Virus record (IMG/VR): IMGVR_UViG_3300013131_000036
Location: 14,720-78,719 of that record
Direction: 5' to 3' (one strand)
DNA: 64,000 nucleotides
Origin: a virus
In this document: one piece after another, positions 48,522-57,963 of the stretch
Layout of the letters: each line of letters begins with the position of its first letter
How positions within the stretch are numbered: position 1 is the stretch's first letter
Made by a program: the position numbers and the translations under genes
Notes under the pieces: generated by a model
Databases searched by the model: none
What the model saw: the letters and a program-made list of their open reading frames with translations, nothing else
What the model was told of the DNA's origin: nothing

Positions 48522-50300
48522 TTAATTTTCAAGCAGGTTTGTTATGCCATTTTTCTTTTGCAAGCTTATGGTTTTGTAGTTATTTGAATAAATTGCATCT
48601 TTTCGGTGGCTGATAATGAAAACACACTTGTTTTGGGCAATTTCTTCACATATGTCCGTGATAAGTTGCACACTTTTCTTGTCAAAACTGCTGTCAAATA
48701 TCTCATCAAACAGCACAAAATTAAACATGGGGAAGTTCTGAAGTTCCCGCATTTCCATAAAAGAGAACATGCAAGCCAAATCCACTGCTTTCTTTTCTGC
48801 CCCGGACAGGTTTGCATAGCTTGCAACCTTGCCCACCGCATCTGTCAGACTGTCCTCAAAATAATGATCAAAAGTTATGCGGGAATTGGCATCCAATTTG
48901 TTCAAATAATGGTTTATTTTATTGTTGAGAAGGTTTATTATTTTAGAAATAAATACGCTTTTAAGACCTTCATCACTCAAAATGAATTTACTATTATTTA
49001 AAATATAAATTCTTTGGTCTGCTTCAGTTATCTTTTTCTGCAAATCATCCAGTTTGGTTTTGTTATCTTCTATGGTTTTGTCAAAATTCTCTGTTCGATT
49101 CTTTTCCTTTTCAATCTGATTTTCAACATCCTTGATGGAAGATTCTATTTGCTCGATAAGCTTTTTGTTTTGTTCCTGTTTGGAATTGTCTTTTTCAAAT
49201 TGTTTTTCCCTTTTTTGAAGGGTGTCTATTATTTTTTCTGCATCGTTTCTTTTTAAAAGTATTTTTTTACGATTTTCTGTTTCTTTCAAAATAAGGGCTT
49301 CATTATTTTCTATTTGTTGTTGCATTTCTTTTTTTCGGTTTTCCACATGATCCTTGCAGCTTTCATCAATTTCCCGCAAGCAGGATGGACAAACGTCAAT
49401 GTTTTCCTTGATTTCATTCAGATTTTTTTGAATGCTTTTGATTTCAGATTGTTTGGCTGCTATATTTTTATCTGATTCATTTGCTTTTTGCTCTATGACT
49501 TTCAATGCATTTTTGGCTTGGTTTATCTTTTCAGAGTAATCGATCTGCTCAGTCTTTTGCAGCTCCTCAATTTCTTTGTTTAGAACAGTTATGTTTGTTT
49601 GCAGGGTTTTTATCTTTGTTTCCAGTTCCTCTATGTTTTTCTTTTTCTTATTTTCAAACTCGTCTTTTTGTTTTTTATAATCATCCAGAATGGATTCATA
49701 GGTTTCTTTTTTGGCATTCAGTCCTTCCCGAATTTTTCTTTCTTCGGAAAGTTCACCTTTGCACAATTCCGTCATTTCTGAAAAAATATCTAAATCCAAA
49801 ATGGATTCAATATATTCCCGCTTTTCAGACTTTTTCATATTCATGAAGCAATTGCTGCTGTTGATCCCCAATGAAATACAATTGTTGAATATTTTGCTTG
49901 TGCAGTGAATCAGGGTTTGAATTGTTTCATTTGTGTTTGCGATGGTGTCTTTGGTTTCATCCACCGAATTTTTTATCAATTTGACCATGGTGGGATTGAT
50001 TGTGCGGATTATTTCATAACTGTCGCTGCTGATGTCAAACGTAATGTTAACAACCGTTTTTCCGTTTGTGTAATAATTGGGTATCAGGTCTTTTTTGATT
50101 TCCCGGATGGTTTCTCCAAACAAAGCAAAATGAATGGCATCGGCTATGGTGCTTTTGCCCACACCGTTAGATCTTTCCGGTTTGTCCAGATTTTGGCCGG
50201 TAATCAGGCAAAGACCCCTTTCAAACTGCACTGTGATGGGCTTTTCCCCCACAGAAAGAAAATTCTTTATATAAACTGTTTTGAAATTTATGGATTGCAT
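48522..50300 (-). CDS. gp46: Recombination endonuclease ATPase subunit (T4 gp46, SbcC/Rad50-like)
   Basis: KNFLSVG, NGVGKST, CPSC hook, LSGAEK, FDEIFDSS.D, ISH. Confidence 0.95.
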   Translation of the reverse strand: MQSINFKTVYIKNFLSVGEKPITVQFERGLCLITGQNLDKPERSNGVGKSTIADAIHFALFGETIREIKKDLIPNYYTNGKTVVNITFDISSDSYEIIRTINPTMVKLIKNSVDETKDTIANTNETIQTLIHCTSKIFNNCISLGINSSNCFMNMKKSEKREYIESILDLDIFSEMTELCKGELSEERKIREGLNAKKETYESILDDYKKQKDEFENKKKKNIEELETKIKTLQTNITVLNKEIEELQKTEQIDYSEKINQAKNALKVIEQKANESDKNIAAKQSEIKSIQKNLNEIKENIDVCPSCLREIDESCKDHVENRKKEMQQQIENNEALILKETENRKKILLKRNDAEKIIDTLQKREKQFEKDNSKQEQNKKLIEQIESSIKDVENQIEKEKNRTENFDKTIEDNKTKLDDLQKKITEADQRIYILNNSKFILSDEGLKSVFISKIINLLNNKINHYLNKLDANSRITFDHYFEDSLTDAVGKVASYANLSGAEKKAVDLACMFSFMEMRELQNFPMFNFVLFDEIFDSSFDKKSVQLITDICEEIAQNKCVFIISHRKDAIYSNNYKTISLQKKNGITNLLEN

Positions 50301-51310
50301 CAAGCACACCTTTTGTAAAGATTGCTGCAATAATTTAAGGTTTCTTTTTTATGTTCTACTTCCATCCCGTTAATAAATTCTTCCAGCATCTGTTCAAACC
50401 CTATATTGGTTTCGTTTGATTGGGATTCGCTCTTTAATTCAAAATCTGTCTGGGTGAGCAATGTAAATGGCGTGAATTCTTCCTGTATTTGGCTGGAAAA
50501 GCTGGTGTATTTTTCTGTGGTATCAGAAACATCAAAGATGATTCGCACGATAGATTTTTTTCTTTTGGGCGTTTCTTTTTTTGAATATCTGATTATTTCA
50601 TGCCGAGGCGAAAACTCATTCTCGAATTTTTTCAAACTCATATTTTCCAAATCAAGAATGTATGCATATTTGTTGTTGTTAATATCCGCAAAAGTATGTT
50701 GAAAAGGATTTCCCAGATATCCCGCTGTCAGTTTGTTCATTTTGCGAACATCACTGATATGAAAGTGACCGGCCAGAATAAACCTTTCTTTTTCTCTATA
50801 TTTTTCCAAATCAGCTCCTTCTTCGCAAAATTTGCTGTTGTTCATTTTAAAATGTTTGAATTCGGCATGAGTTAACACAACGTCCGCTTCATAGTTCTTT
50901 TCATCAGATGAATCTGTCCAGGGAACCATGTTGATTTGTTTGTCCCCATATTTGAAAGATGTTGCGTTATTCACAACACTCACATACGGATAACCCTGAA
51001 AAACATGCAGGGAAGTTACATCATTCTTTTCTTTGAAATAAATGTCGTGATTACCCGTGATCAAATAAACTTTGAAATCGGAAAAGATATCCAACACTTT
51101 TCTTGCAATATCCAAAGTGGAAACATCAATCTGGTCCCGATCATGGAAATAATCCCCCAAACAAATGATCGATTCGGCCCCTTCTTGAACGGCAATTTCC
51201 CTGGCCCACTCAGCCCAATCCAAAGCAAGCTGATGCCATTTGGGACTATTCTGGTGAACGCCCAAATGGAAATCGGCAAAAAGAAGAGATTTTTTGGTCA
51301 GTGTTTTCAA
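50300..51310 (-). CDS. gp47: Recombination endonuclease nuclease subunit (T4 gp47, SbcD/Mre11-like)
   Basis: ADFHLG, LGDYFH, GNHD, GHFH. Confidence 0.93.
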   Translation of the reverse strand: MKTLTKKSLLFADFHLGVHQNSPKWHQLALDWAEWAREIAVQEGAESIICLGDYFHDRDQIDVSTLDIARKVLDIFSDFKVYLITGNHDIYFKEKNDVTSLHVFQGYPYVSVVNNATSFKYGDKQINMVPWTDSSDEKNYEADVVLTHAEFKHFKMNNSKFCEEGADLEKYREKERFILAGHFHISDVRKMNKLTAGYLGNPFQHTFADINNNKYAYILDLENMSLKKFENEFSPRHEIIRYSKKETPKRKKSIVRIIFDVSDTTEKYTSFSSQIQEEFTPFTLLTQTDFELKSESQSNETNIGFEQMLEEFINGMEVEHKKETLNYCSNLYKRCA

Positions 51311-52848
51311 TTGTCATCATTGTTGTCATTATCAATATAAACGTGACCACCCGTGTTTTCCGTTCCTTCTATCATTTTGTCCATGTACATTTTTTCCTTG
51401 TATTGTTCCAAGGTTTCATGATGCTTTTTTTCTTTCTTGATCCTGTTGATAAAAGCATGAAACGCAATCGTGGTGAAATAACTGAAGGGGCTGTATCCAG
51501 AATCCAAATTGAATTTTTTATGCTTGAGGGCCGTCATCATTTTGACAATGGCATCTCCCACCATTTCGTCCCGATAACTATTTCCCGTAACATAAATTTT
51601 CCCATTTCTTCTGCAAACAAAAGTTCCATACTCGGTGGTGGGGCACCAAACAGTTCCATTGTAGGGATGGGTCGGTAGATTTGGTTTGCCCGCCTTTCCT
51701 ATTGTTTTTGTTTTACCAACAGAAGTTACACCTGCTCCGGGTCTTCCTCCGTGCATATCTATGTTTTCCACTCGACATGTTAATTTTGGTTTGTCGTAAA
51801 TATTTGAAACAAAATATTCACTGTAACCAAATCTGGAACGATGTTTTCTTAGAATTTTGGAGGCGGTGATTCCTGCCAATGTGCAAACAATCAAAAACAT
51901 GTCCATGTGCTTTTCACACTTTTGAACATAAGTTCTTAAATTTTGATTGTCATCCTTATGTCTTGTGCTGCCATCACCATCCACCATGGTTTGAATCAAC
52001 AACAGTCTTTGTTTTTGGGTCAAATTTAATATAAATTCCATGCTCATGATTCGTTTTGGTGCCAAACGAATTATCTCATTTGCATATTTTTTATTAAAAT
52101 AAAACCCCAAAATCTCGGGATTGGACCAATTATAAATTTTATATTTTATTCCCAATTTATCCATGCAGTTTTTTATTCTATCCGCTTTTGGTCCAATCTT
52201 TTGAAAGATAGTTATGCTGTGGGTTTTTTTACCCAGTGCAAAATGTCCTTCAGTTATGGCCCATCCCATCAATTCGACAAAAGCATTGCTATAAATTGCT
52301 TTGTTTGGTTTAACATGTTTGCCCATTAAAACCAAATGGTTGTTGGTTTTCAACAATTCAACAGGCTGTAGCCCATTTTCAATTGTGACAAATTTATGAT
52401 TTGGCGTGACCAAAGCATCAAGTGCTTTCAAAGTCAATCGATGCATTTTTCCTTTATATTTTCCAACATACAAATCCAGTATTTTGGACCATGCAAATCT
52501 TTTTTCATCGATATTGTATGACAAAATAATGTCCTTTTTTGTAAGTTCAGAATATTTTAGCCATCCCCGTTGAGTTAATGCCTCTGTTTGTGTGTCCACA
52601 CAATAATTTATGAAGTTGGGGGCATAGCTAAGACCGTTTGCAATCTTGCTGACACTTTCACCCAGATAGGCGGTCAGTGTTCCGGACAAATAAAATCCCC
52701 GGATACCATCTTCAAATTCTTTTGAATTCACATAGTGAATCTTTTCTTTTTTAACCTTTTCAGCTATTTTTTTAATATCAACATTGTCATCGGAACAATC
52801 CGATAATTGTTGTTGATTCTTGGGTTTGCGTCCTCTTTTTTTCTTCAT
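51307..52848 (-). CDS. gp55: Late-transcription sigma factor (T4 gp55) precursor containing an intein
   Basis: HYVN..EF, KIA.GLS..PNFINY | SYRDEMVGDA, F.YFT.IAF.AF..RI.KEKK. The spliced product is 172 aa. Confidence 0.92.
   Translation of the reverse strand: MKKKRGRKPKNQQQLSDCSDDNVDIKKIAEKVKKEKIHYVNSKEFEDGIRGFYLSGTLTAYLGESVSKIANGLSYAPNFINYCVDTQTEALTQRGWLKYSELTKKDIILSYNIDEKRFAWSKILDLYVGKYKGKMHRLTLKALDALVTPNHKFVTIENGLQPVELLKTNNHLVLMGKHVKPNKAIYSNAFVELMGWAITEGHFALGKKTHSITIFQKIGPKADRIKNCMDKLGIKYKIYNWSNPEILGFYFNKKYANEIIRLAPKRIMSMEFILNLTQKQRLLLIQTMVDGDGSTRHKDDNQNLRTYVQKCEKHMDMFLIVCTLAGITASKILRKHRSRFGYSEYFVSNIYDKPKLTCRVENIDMHGGRPGAGVTSVGKTKTIGKAGKPNLPTHPYNGTVWCPTTEYGTFVCRRNGKIYVTGNSYRDEMVGDAIVKMMTALKHKKFNLDSGYSPFSYFTTIAFHAFINRIKKEKKHHETLEQYKEKMYMDKMIEGTENTGGHVYIDNDNNDDN
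51580..52602 (-). mobile_element. Intein (341 aa) with LAGLIDADG homing endonuclease in gp55
   Basis: Starts CVDTQTEALTQRGW; block B VTPNH; MGWAITEG and MVDGDG LAGLIDADG blocks; ends VWCPTT..GTFVCRRNGK.YVTGN with +1 Ser. Confidence 0.92.
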
Positions 52849-54260
52849 ATGATTTTATATTTTGTTTTCTTGGTTTCAATTTGTTCTTTTTGATATATTT
52901 CACACCTTTTTTCAAAGTGTCTTTTTCCGTAGTAAAGTTGGTCGGCTAGATCAATAAGCATAAGTTTTTCCTTGGAGGGATGTAATCTTAACCCACGCCC
53001 TATGCTTTGCAATAGACGTATTTTGGCTTTTCCTGCGTTTGCTAAAATAATATTGTGAAGGTTTTTGATATCGATTCCAGTTGCAAAAATACTGCTTATG
53101 GCAATGCAAACAACGTTGGCGGCCTGCTCCATGATGCGCCGAATTTCATTTCGGGATTCAACTTCAACCTCGCCCCGTATAAAAAACACCTTTTTGTTTT
53201 CACAAATTTTTTCCAAAACCTTTTGCAAATCCAATCCATGCTGAATTCGATCTATCAAAACAAGCGTATTATTTTGCAAATTACAACTAAGTTTGCTAAT
53301 AATTTTATTTCGGGAGTCATTGTTTATTATAAATTCATATTCTTGCCGGTACCTTTTCATGTCATCTGGTGAACACCATTCCGGTTGATTTTCATAATCC
53401 AGTTCAATCACGTTACAGATTGCTTGGGAAAGATACTCTTTAAGATCCACACTGGTTTTTTTGTAAATTACCGGTCCTATTTTCCCCTCTATGCAAAGCA
53501 CATCTTCTTTCTCATCCGGTAAAGTTCCTGTAAAACCAAACCGTATGTTGGCATCTATCTTGTCCAAAACCTTGTTGATTTTGTTTCCTCGTTTGTATTT
53601 GTGTGCTTCATCAATGATTATCACATCACAATCTGTTAATTTTTCCTCCCCTCGAGCATTCAATACACCGATATTGGCAATCACCACCTGGCAATCTCCG
53701 TCAAAATCATTTTCCCCGGTATATTTTTTCACATCACATCTCAATCCACACTTTTCAAATTCTTCATAAACCTGTTCCACAAGACCCAAATCCGGCTCCA
53801 ACACAAGAATTTTTTTGGCCAGACTGTTTTTCAAAAAATTGTGACACAACAAAGCCATCACATATGTTTTTCCGCCTCCGGTGGCAACTTCAAATATTCC
53901 CCGACCAAACCGAAAAGCTTTCTCGCACATTTCTTTTTGATAGTCCCGGGGTTCATATTGCAAATATTCCACCTGAATTTTTGATCTTATAGGATTGGCT
54001 TTGAGCAAAACCTCGGAATCGACTGTTACCTGCTCCAATCCCAGCGTTTCGGTCATGTATCTGAAGATGGAAAAGAACAATCCCAGATCAAACCTTCCTG
54101 ATGGCGTTATGGCATACAACCGATCCGCAACATAATAACCTTTGCGGCGCATATGCTTTGCCGTTTTGTTTTCACACGAAAAATGATTTCGAATCATCCG
54201 AATGTGCGGAGATTCTATCATCCCAAACCTTTTGGATTTGTCCAGATAGATACGGTTCAA
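52845..54260 (-). CDS. uvsW: SF2 DNA helicase UvsW
   Basis: PRDYQ, ATGGGKT, IIDEAH, GFTGT, GIDIKNLHN, LQSIGRGLR. Confidence 0.95.
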   Translation of the reverse strand: MNRIYLDKSKRFGMIESPHIRMIRNHFSCENKTAKHMRRKGYYVADRLYAITPSGRFDLGLFFSIFRYMTETLGLEQVTVDSEVLLKANPIRSKIQVEYLQYEPRDYQKEMCEKAFRFGRGIFEVATGGGKTYVMALLCHNFLKNSLAKKILVLEPDLGLVEQVYEEFEKCGLRCDVKKYTGENDFDGDCQVVIANIGVLNARGEEKLTDCDVIIIDEAHKYKRGNKINKVLDKIDANIRFGFTGTLPDEKEDVLCIEGKIGPVIYKKTSVDLKEYLSQAICNVIELDYENQPEWCSPDDMKRYRQEYEFIINNDSRNKIISKLSCNLQNNTLVLIDRIQHGLDLQKVLEKICENKKVFFIRGEVEVESRNEIRRIMEQAANVVCIAISSIFATGIDIKNLHNIILANAGKAKIRLLQSIGRGLRLHPSKEKLMLIDLADQLYYGKRHFEKRCEIYQKEQIETKKTKYKII

Positions 54261-54649
54261 TTTGTTTCGAGTTTGATTAGTTCAACCAGATTCTTGATGT
54301 CAAAGCTTGCCGAGCTTAGAATCTTTTCACTTTTTTCACATATTTCCAATATCAGTTCGTTGTTTTTTATCTTTTTGTCTATTTCTGAAATGATTTCATG
54401 ATCTGAAGCTAGTTTTTCCGCAGAAATCAAACTGAGTTTTACCGGCGATTCCCGGTTGATTTCATCCACTACATTTCGCAACATGCGTTTTCGTTCTGCA
54501 TGCAAATCGCCAAGTTCCCGTTTTGTTTGAATGTAAATTGTTGCATACCTGTGTTTGATGCTGGGCAACATCAATTGTTTTTCTTTCAAATTAAGTTCAT
54601 CAAACTGAAGAAACTGTTTTAGTTCTTCCAGCAGTTTTTCTGGTTCCAT
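54257..54649 (-). CDS. uvsY: Recombination mediator UvsY-like protein
   Basis: Helical ~130-aa protein coupled to uvsW, ending FDIKN.VE..KLE. Real start MEPEK at 54649. Confidence 0.65.
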   Translation of the reverse strand: MEPEKLLEELKQFLQFDELNLKEKQLMLPSIKHRYATIYIQTKRELGDLHAERKRMLRNVVDEINRESPVKLSLISAEKLASDHEIISEIDKKIKNNELILEICEKSEKILSSASFDIKNLVELIKLETN

Positions 54650-54654
54650 TAATA

Positions 54655-54662
54655 TATAAATA
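54655..54662 (+). promoter_or_regulatory. T4-type late promoter TATAAATA
   Basis: Exact consensus 6 nt before ATG 54669. Confidence 0.75.
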
Positions 54663-54668
54663 CTTGAT

Positions 54669-54905
54669 ATGGGTCTTTTTTCAAACATTTTTACCAAAAT
54701 ACTAAACGAAGACAACGTGGCAGGCGTTGGGGGTGTGTTTGGGAGCGGACCCAGCATCGGTGGGGTTTTTAACCCCCCATCTCAAATCAGCAGCGGGGAC
54801 AATTATGCCCCGGGCGATGCCCGCATTCCTTTTGCTTTTGGTGCAGTTAAAAGGGGCAAGAAAAAGAAAAAAAAGAAGATTCTCATACAACGCCGGAGGT
54901 TGTAA
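54669..54905 (+). CDS. 78-aa paralog of the major capsid protein N-terminal arm with a poly-Lys tail
   Basis: Residues 13-54 match gp23 residues 61-102 at 32/42 positions; has its own late promoter. Confidence 0.85.
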   Translation: MGLFSNIFTKILNEDNVAGVGGVFGSGPSIGGVFNPPSQISSGDNYAPGDARIPFAFGAVKRGKKKKKKKILIQRRRL

Positions 54906-54908
54906 TCC

Positions 54909-55328
54909 ATGAGTGATAATGGTCACTGGATTTGTGAAAATTTCGAACCAGAAAGCTTTGGTTTCATTTATTTGATAACAAATCTTAAAAACAACCGCAA
55001 ATATATTGGAAAAAAACAGCTTCAATTTCGCAAAAAAAGAAAACTGAAGAGCCGCAAAAACAGTAAAATTTCATATTCTGAAAGTGATTGGAAAACCTAC
55101 ACAGGTTCTTGCCGGGAACTTAACGAGGATATTGAAAAATATGGTAAAGAAAATTTCCGGTTTGAAATACTTCGGTTTTGCCGCAGCAAATGGGAACTGG
55201 GTTATGAAGAGATCAGGTTGCAAATTCAGAACGAAGTGATAAAAAATCCGGAGTATTACAATGGAATTATTAATTGCCGTCTCGGAAAGCCAAAGGAGTT
55301 CTGGTTTAAAGATGCAGAAAAAGGATAA
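54909..55328 (+). CDS. GIY-YIG endonuclease-like protein
   Basis: FGFIYLITN..N.RKYIGKKQ, SDWKTYTGS, F.FEIL, E, YN..I. Confidence 0.85.
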   Translation: MSDNGHWICENFEPESFGFIYLITNLKNNRKYIGKKQLQFRKKRKLKSRKNSKISYSESDWKTYTGSCRELNEDIEKYGKENFRFEILRFCRSKWELGYEEIRLQIQNEVIKNPEYYNGIINCRLGKPKEFWFKDAEKG

Positions 55329-55851
55329 CATTGTATTTGTGGATTTTTGGGATGCGTTTTCAAACAAACTGGAAACAAAGATTTTGGATTCTTGTCACAA
55401 GTTTAAGCTGCTTGAAAAGCCCCTGAAGAAGAATCGGGACGCCAAAAACATACTGGTGTATCAATTGGCAAACCTTTTGCTGTCCAATTTTGTGATCAAA
55501 CGTCAACCTGAAGACATTGTGTTTGTTGTTTCGGAACAAAGCTTGAAAGATTTGGAAATCTGTGAGCATTTTGATTCGGATGAACTTTTTGATGTTTGCA
55601 TCAAGATTCTTAAAAAATTTGAAAAATATCTGAGCTTTACTGTTATTGAATATGAAGGATCTTTCGTTCAATTCAGCAAATTGATATCCTCGGATCCTGT
55701 TTTTTATAAAACAATTGCCAGCAAAATTATAAACTCCATTCTGATTCAAAGCAGTAAAAATTTCAGCATGAAGGACATACAAAAGGTTTTAAAAGAATAT
55801 AACCTGTCTAATTCCGTGTTAAAAAAGAATTATTCAATGAAATTAGAGTAA
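55312..55851 (+). CDS. Hypothetical protein
   Basis: Likely start MQKKDNIVFVD; co-directional with neighbours. Confidence 0.5.
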   Translation: MQKKDNIVFVDFWDAFSNKLETKILDSCHKFKLLEKPLKKNRDAKNILVYQLANLLLSNFVIKRQPEDIVFVVSEQSLKDLEICEHFDSDELFDVCIKILKKFEKYLSFTVIEYEGSFVQFSKLISSDPVFYKTIASKIINSILIQSSKNFSMKDIQKVLKEYNLSNSVLKKNYSMKLE

Positions 55852-55859
55852 ATACTTAC

Positions 55860-56300
55860 ATGGCAAGATTTCATAAGTTGTTGGAACAAGAATATCTTAA
55901 ATTAGACATCAAACCGCCAAAATTGACTGAACTGCAACAAAATGTGGTGGACAAAATGGTTTCGTCCGGCAAAGCCAAATATGAAGGTCTTAAAAAAATG
56001 AATGCGGTTGTCAGCTATGATGTGGATGGTGAAAAGGGTAGATTTAAAATAACTCCGGACGGCAAAGTGGAAAAACATGCAGAAGAAGATCAGGAAGAAT
56101 TTAGCGGTCTTACCAAATTAACAGGGGGGAGTTTGACTCCTAATGATTTAAAAATAGCTCGTATTTTAGCAGGAGGAAATGCAAAAGGAGGAATTCTTTT
56201 CAATAGAAATCCTCAAAAACAAATTGAACAAGCACTCGGCGCAATTACAGGAAAATTAGCAAAAAAACTTAAAAAAGTTGCAGACGGAATAAAAGTATGA
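55860..56300 (+). CDS. Late protein, probably capsid-internal
   Basis: AGTAAATA 5 nt before the ATG; MARFHKLLE leader. Confidence 0.55.
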   Translation: MARFHKLLEQEYLKLDIKPPKLTELQQNVVDKMVSSGKAKYEGLKKMNAVVSYDVDGEKGRFKITPDGKVEKHAEEDQEEFSGLTKLTGGSLTPNDLKIARILAGGNAKGGILFNRNPQKQIEQALGAITGKLAKKLKKVADGIKV

Positions 56301-56632
56301 AATTCGATGATATTTTAAAAAATAAATACGGTCTTCTTAACGAACAGCCCCCGGCAACACTGGATGCTGCTGAAGATGTTGCTCAACCAGAGGAACCTGC
56401 AGCGGAACAACCGGCTGCTGAAACACCTGCTGAAGAAGCACCCAAGCTTGATACACAAGGTGTTCAGTATCTTGTTGATCTGATTCGTAAAGCTTTGCTT
56501 ATCGACAAACTGGATGATCGTGAAAAAGCAGATTTGATTAATTTAACAATTGATGCGGGCAATGCTTTTAATATTTTAGAAAATAAAATTATACCAATTC
56601 TTAATAAATATATTCCCGAGACTACCTCTTGA
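56297..56632 (+). CDS. Acidic late protein, probably capsid-internal
   Basis: MKFDDILKNKYGLLNE leader followed by an EEPAAE-rich segment. Confidence 0.55.
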   Translation: MKFDDILKNKYGLLNEQPPATLDAAEDVAQPEEPAAEQPAAETPAEEAPKLDTQGVQYLVDLIRKALLIDKLDDREKADLINLTIDAGNAFNILENKIIPILNKYIPETTS

Positions 56633-56661
56633 AATTACGCTTTTATCCGTAAAATAAAACT

Positions 56662-57411
56662 ATGGCCAAACCATTAAAGTTCGTTGCTGCCGGGGATGTT
56701 CACGGCGACGAATCCGATCCGCAAGCATTAAAATGTTTGTTCGGCTTCATGCGGGATTATAAACCGGATCTGACGGTTTGTATCGGAGATGTGTGGGATT
56801 TTCGTGCCATCCGAAAAAATTGTGATGTGGACACCGAACAAAGTCAAAGCATGATCGAGGATTGGGAAGCAGGAAAAGATTTCTTTAAAAAGTTTTTCTC
56901 ATTTGGAAGTGAGCGTGTATTTTTGAGGGGAAATCACGACGAAAGAATTTATGATCTGCGTTTGAATGCCAGTAGCGGATTGAAGCGGGATTATGCCCGT
57001 CAAGGAATTGAGTCTATCGAGGAAATGTGTAAAAAGCAACGAGTCCGAATGTTTCCTTATGATTCCAAAGAAGGTGTTTACAAATGTGGTTCCCTTTCAT
57101 TTGTTCATGGATATGGGCACAACATGCATGGTTCCAAACAACACTCTGATGTGTACGGTAACGTTTTGTTCGGGCATACCCACGCAATTGATTATTTCCG
57201 GTCGGTCAGCACAGATGTTCGGGAAGGTTGGAATATCGGTTGTCTGAGTAATTTGTCCCCTTCATACAACCGCAATCAAATGCGCCGTCTTCGGTGGCAA
57301 CACGGATGGGCTTTTGGTTTGATTCATATGGACAATACTCATGAAGTTTATCAAGCCAAGGAACGCAATCGAAAATATATAATTCCTACCAATATAAAGG
57401 TTTATAGTTGA
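56662..57411 (+). CDS. Calcineurin-like metallophosphoesterase
   Basis: GDVHG, GDVWD, GNHD, FVHG, FGHTH, WQHG. Confidence 0.9.
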   Translation: MAKPLKFVAAGDVHGDESDPQALKCLFGFMRDYKPDLTVCIGDVWDFRAIRKNCDVDTEQSQSMIEDWEAGKDFFKKFFSFGSERVFLRGNHDERIYDLRLNASSGLKRDYARQGIESIEEMCKKQRVRMFPYDSKEGVYKCGSLSFVHGYGHNMHGSKQHSDVYGNVLFGHTHAIDYFRSVSTDVREGWNIGCLSNLSPSYNRNQMRRLRWQHGWAFGLIHMDNTHEVYQAKERNRKYIIPTNIKVYS

Positions 57412-57435
57412 CATTATTTTCAGTTCCGATAATAT
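57408..57435 (+). promoter_or_regulatory. Sigma70-like promoter TTGACA-N16-TAATAT
   Basis: The -10 element ends 6 nt before ATG 57442. Confidence 0.55.
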
Positions 57436-57441
57436 CGGTCC

Positions 57442-57963
57442 ATGAGTAAAAAGTTTAGAATCAAAAACGTACAATCGGACAATTGGGCCCGTTTTCTTTT
57501 TCAGGAAATGCGCAAGGATGAGAAGCGTCCCACCGGAGAACGTTGGTTGGAATTGAAACAAATATGTGAACTGACAAAAAACAAAGCAAAATATCACACA
57601 CTCAGAAACATTTTGTCGGAAATAATCAACCGAAAAGAATGTGAACTTTATGTTGGTACAGTTCGTTCCCCAAAAGGATTTGTGAAAAAAGCGGTATGGT
57701 ATCGCCACAAAAAATATACATGGAAGGAATATTTTTCAAAAAACATATACAAGAAGGAACGTCAACGCATTCCCAATGGCACAGATTGGTTCACAGCAGA
57801 AGATCTTTCAAAAAAAACCGGTCTGAGAAAATCAAAAATTCTAAGACTTATACGGGAACACCGGTTAAATAAACAGGTAAAAACTTTTGATGGTTATAAA
57901 TTCAACGCCAATAAAAATTATTTGGAAAGAAAAATCTGGTATAAATTATGTCTAAATGGGTAG
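57442..57963 (+). CDS. Basic protein with two tandem winged-HTH-like repeats
   Basis: EKRPTGERW... and QRIPNGTDWFT... repeats, each ending in WY[RK]. Confidence 0.6.
   Translation: MSKKFRIKNVQSDNWARFLFQEMRKDEKRPTGERWLELKQICELTKNKAKYHTLRNILSEIINRKECELYVGTVRSPKGFVKKAVWYRHKKYTWKEYFSKNIYKKERQRIPNGTDWFTAEDLSKKTGLRKSKILRLIREHRLNKQVKTFDGYKFNANKNYLERKIWYKLCLNG

Noticed and set aside
54650-54757. N-terminal extension of UvsY given by the ORF track
   Set aside because: It is the antisense of the capsid-arm gene and crosses that gene's promoter. UvsY most likely starts at 54649.
55312-55851. Degenerate RNase H/5'-3' exonuclease
   Set aside because: Only the N-terminal IVFVD resembles the family, and the other acidic motifs are not evident.
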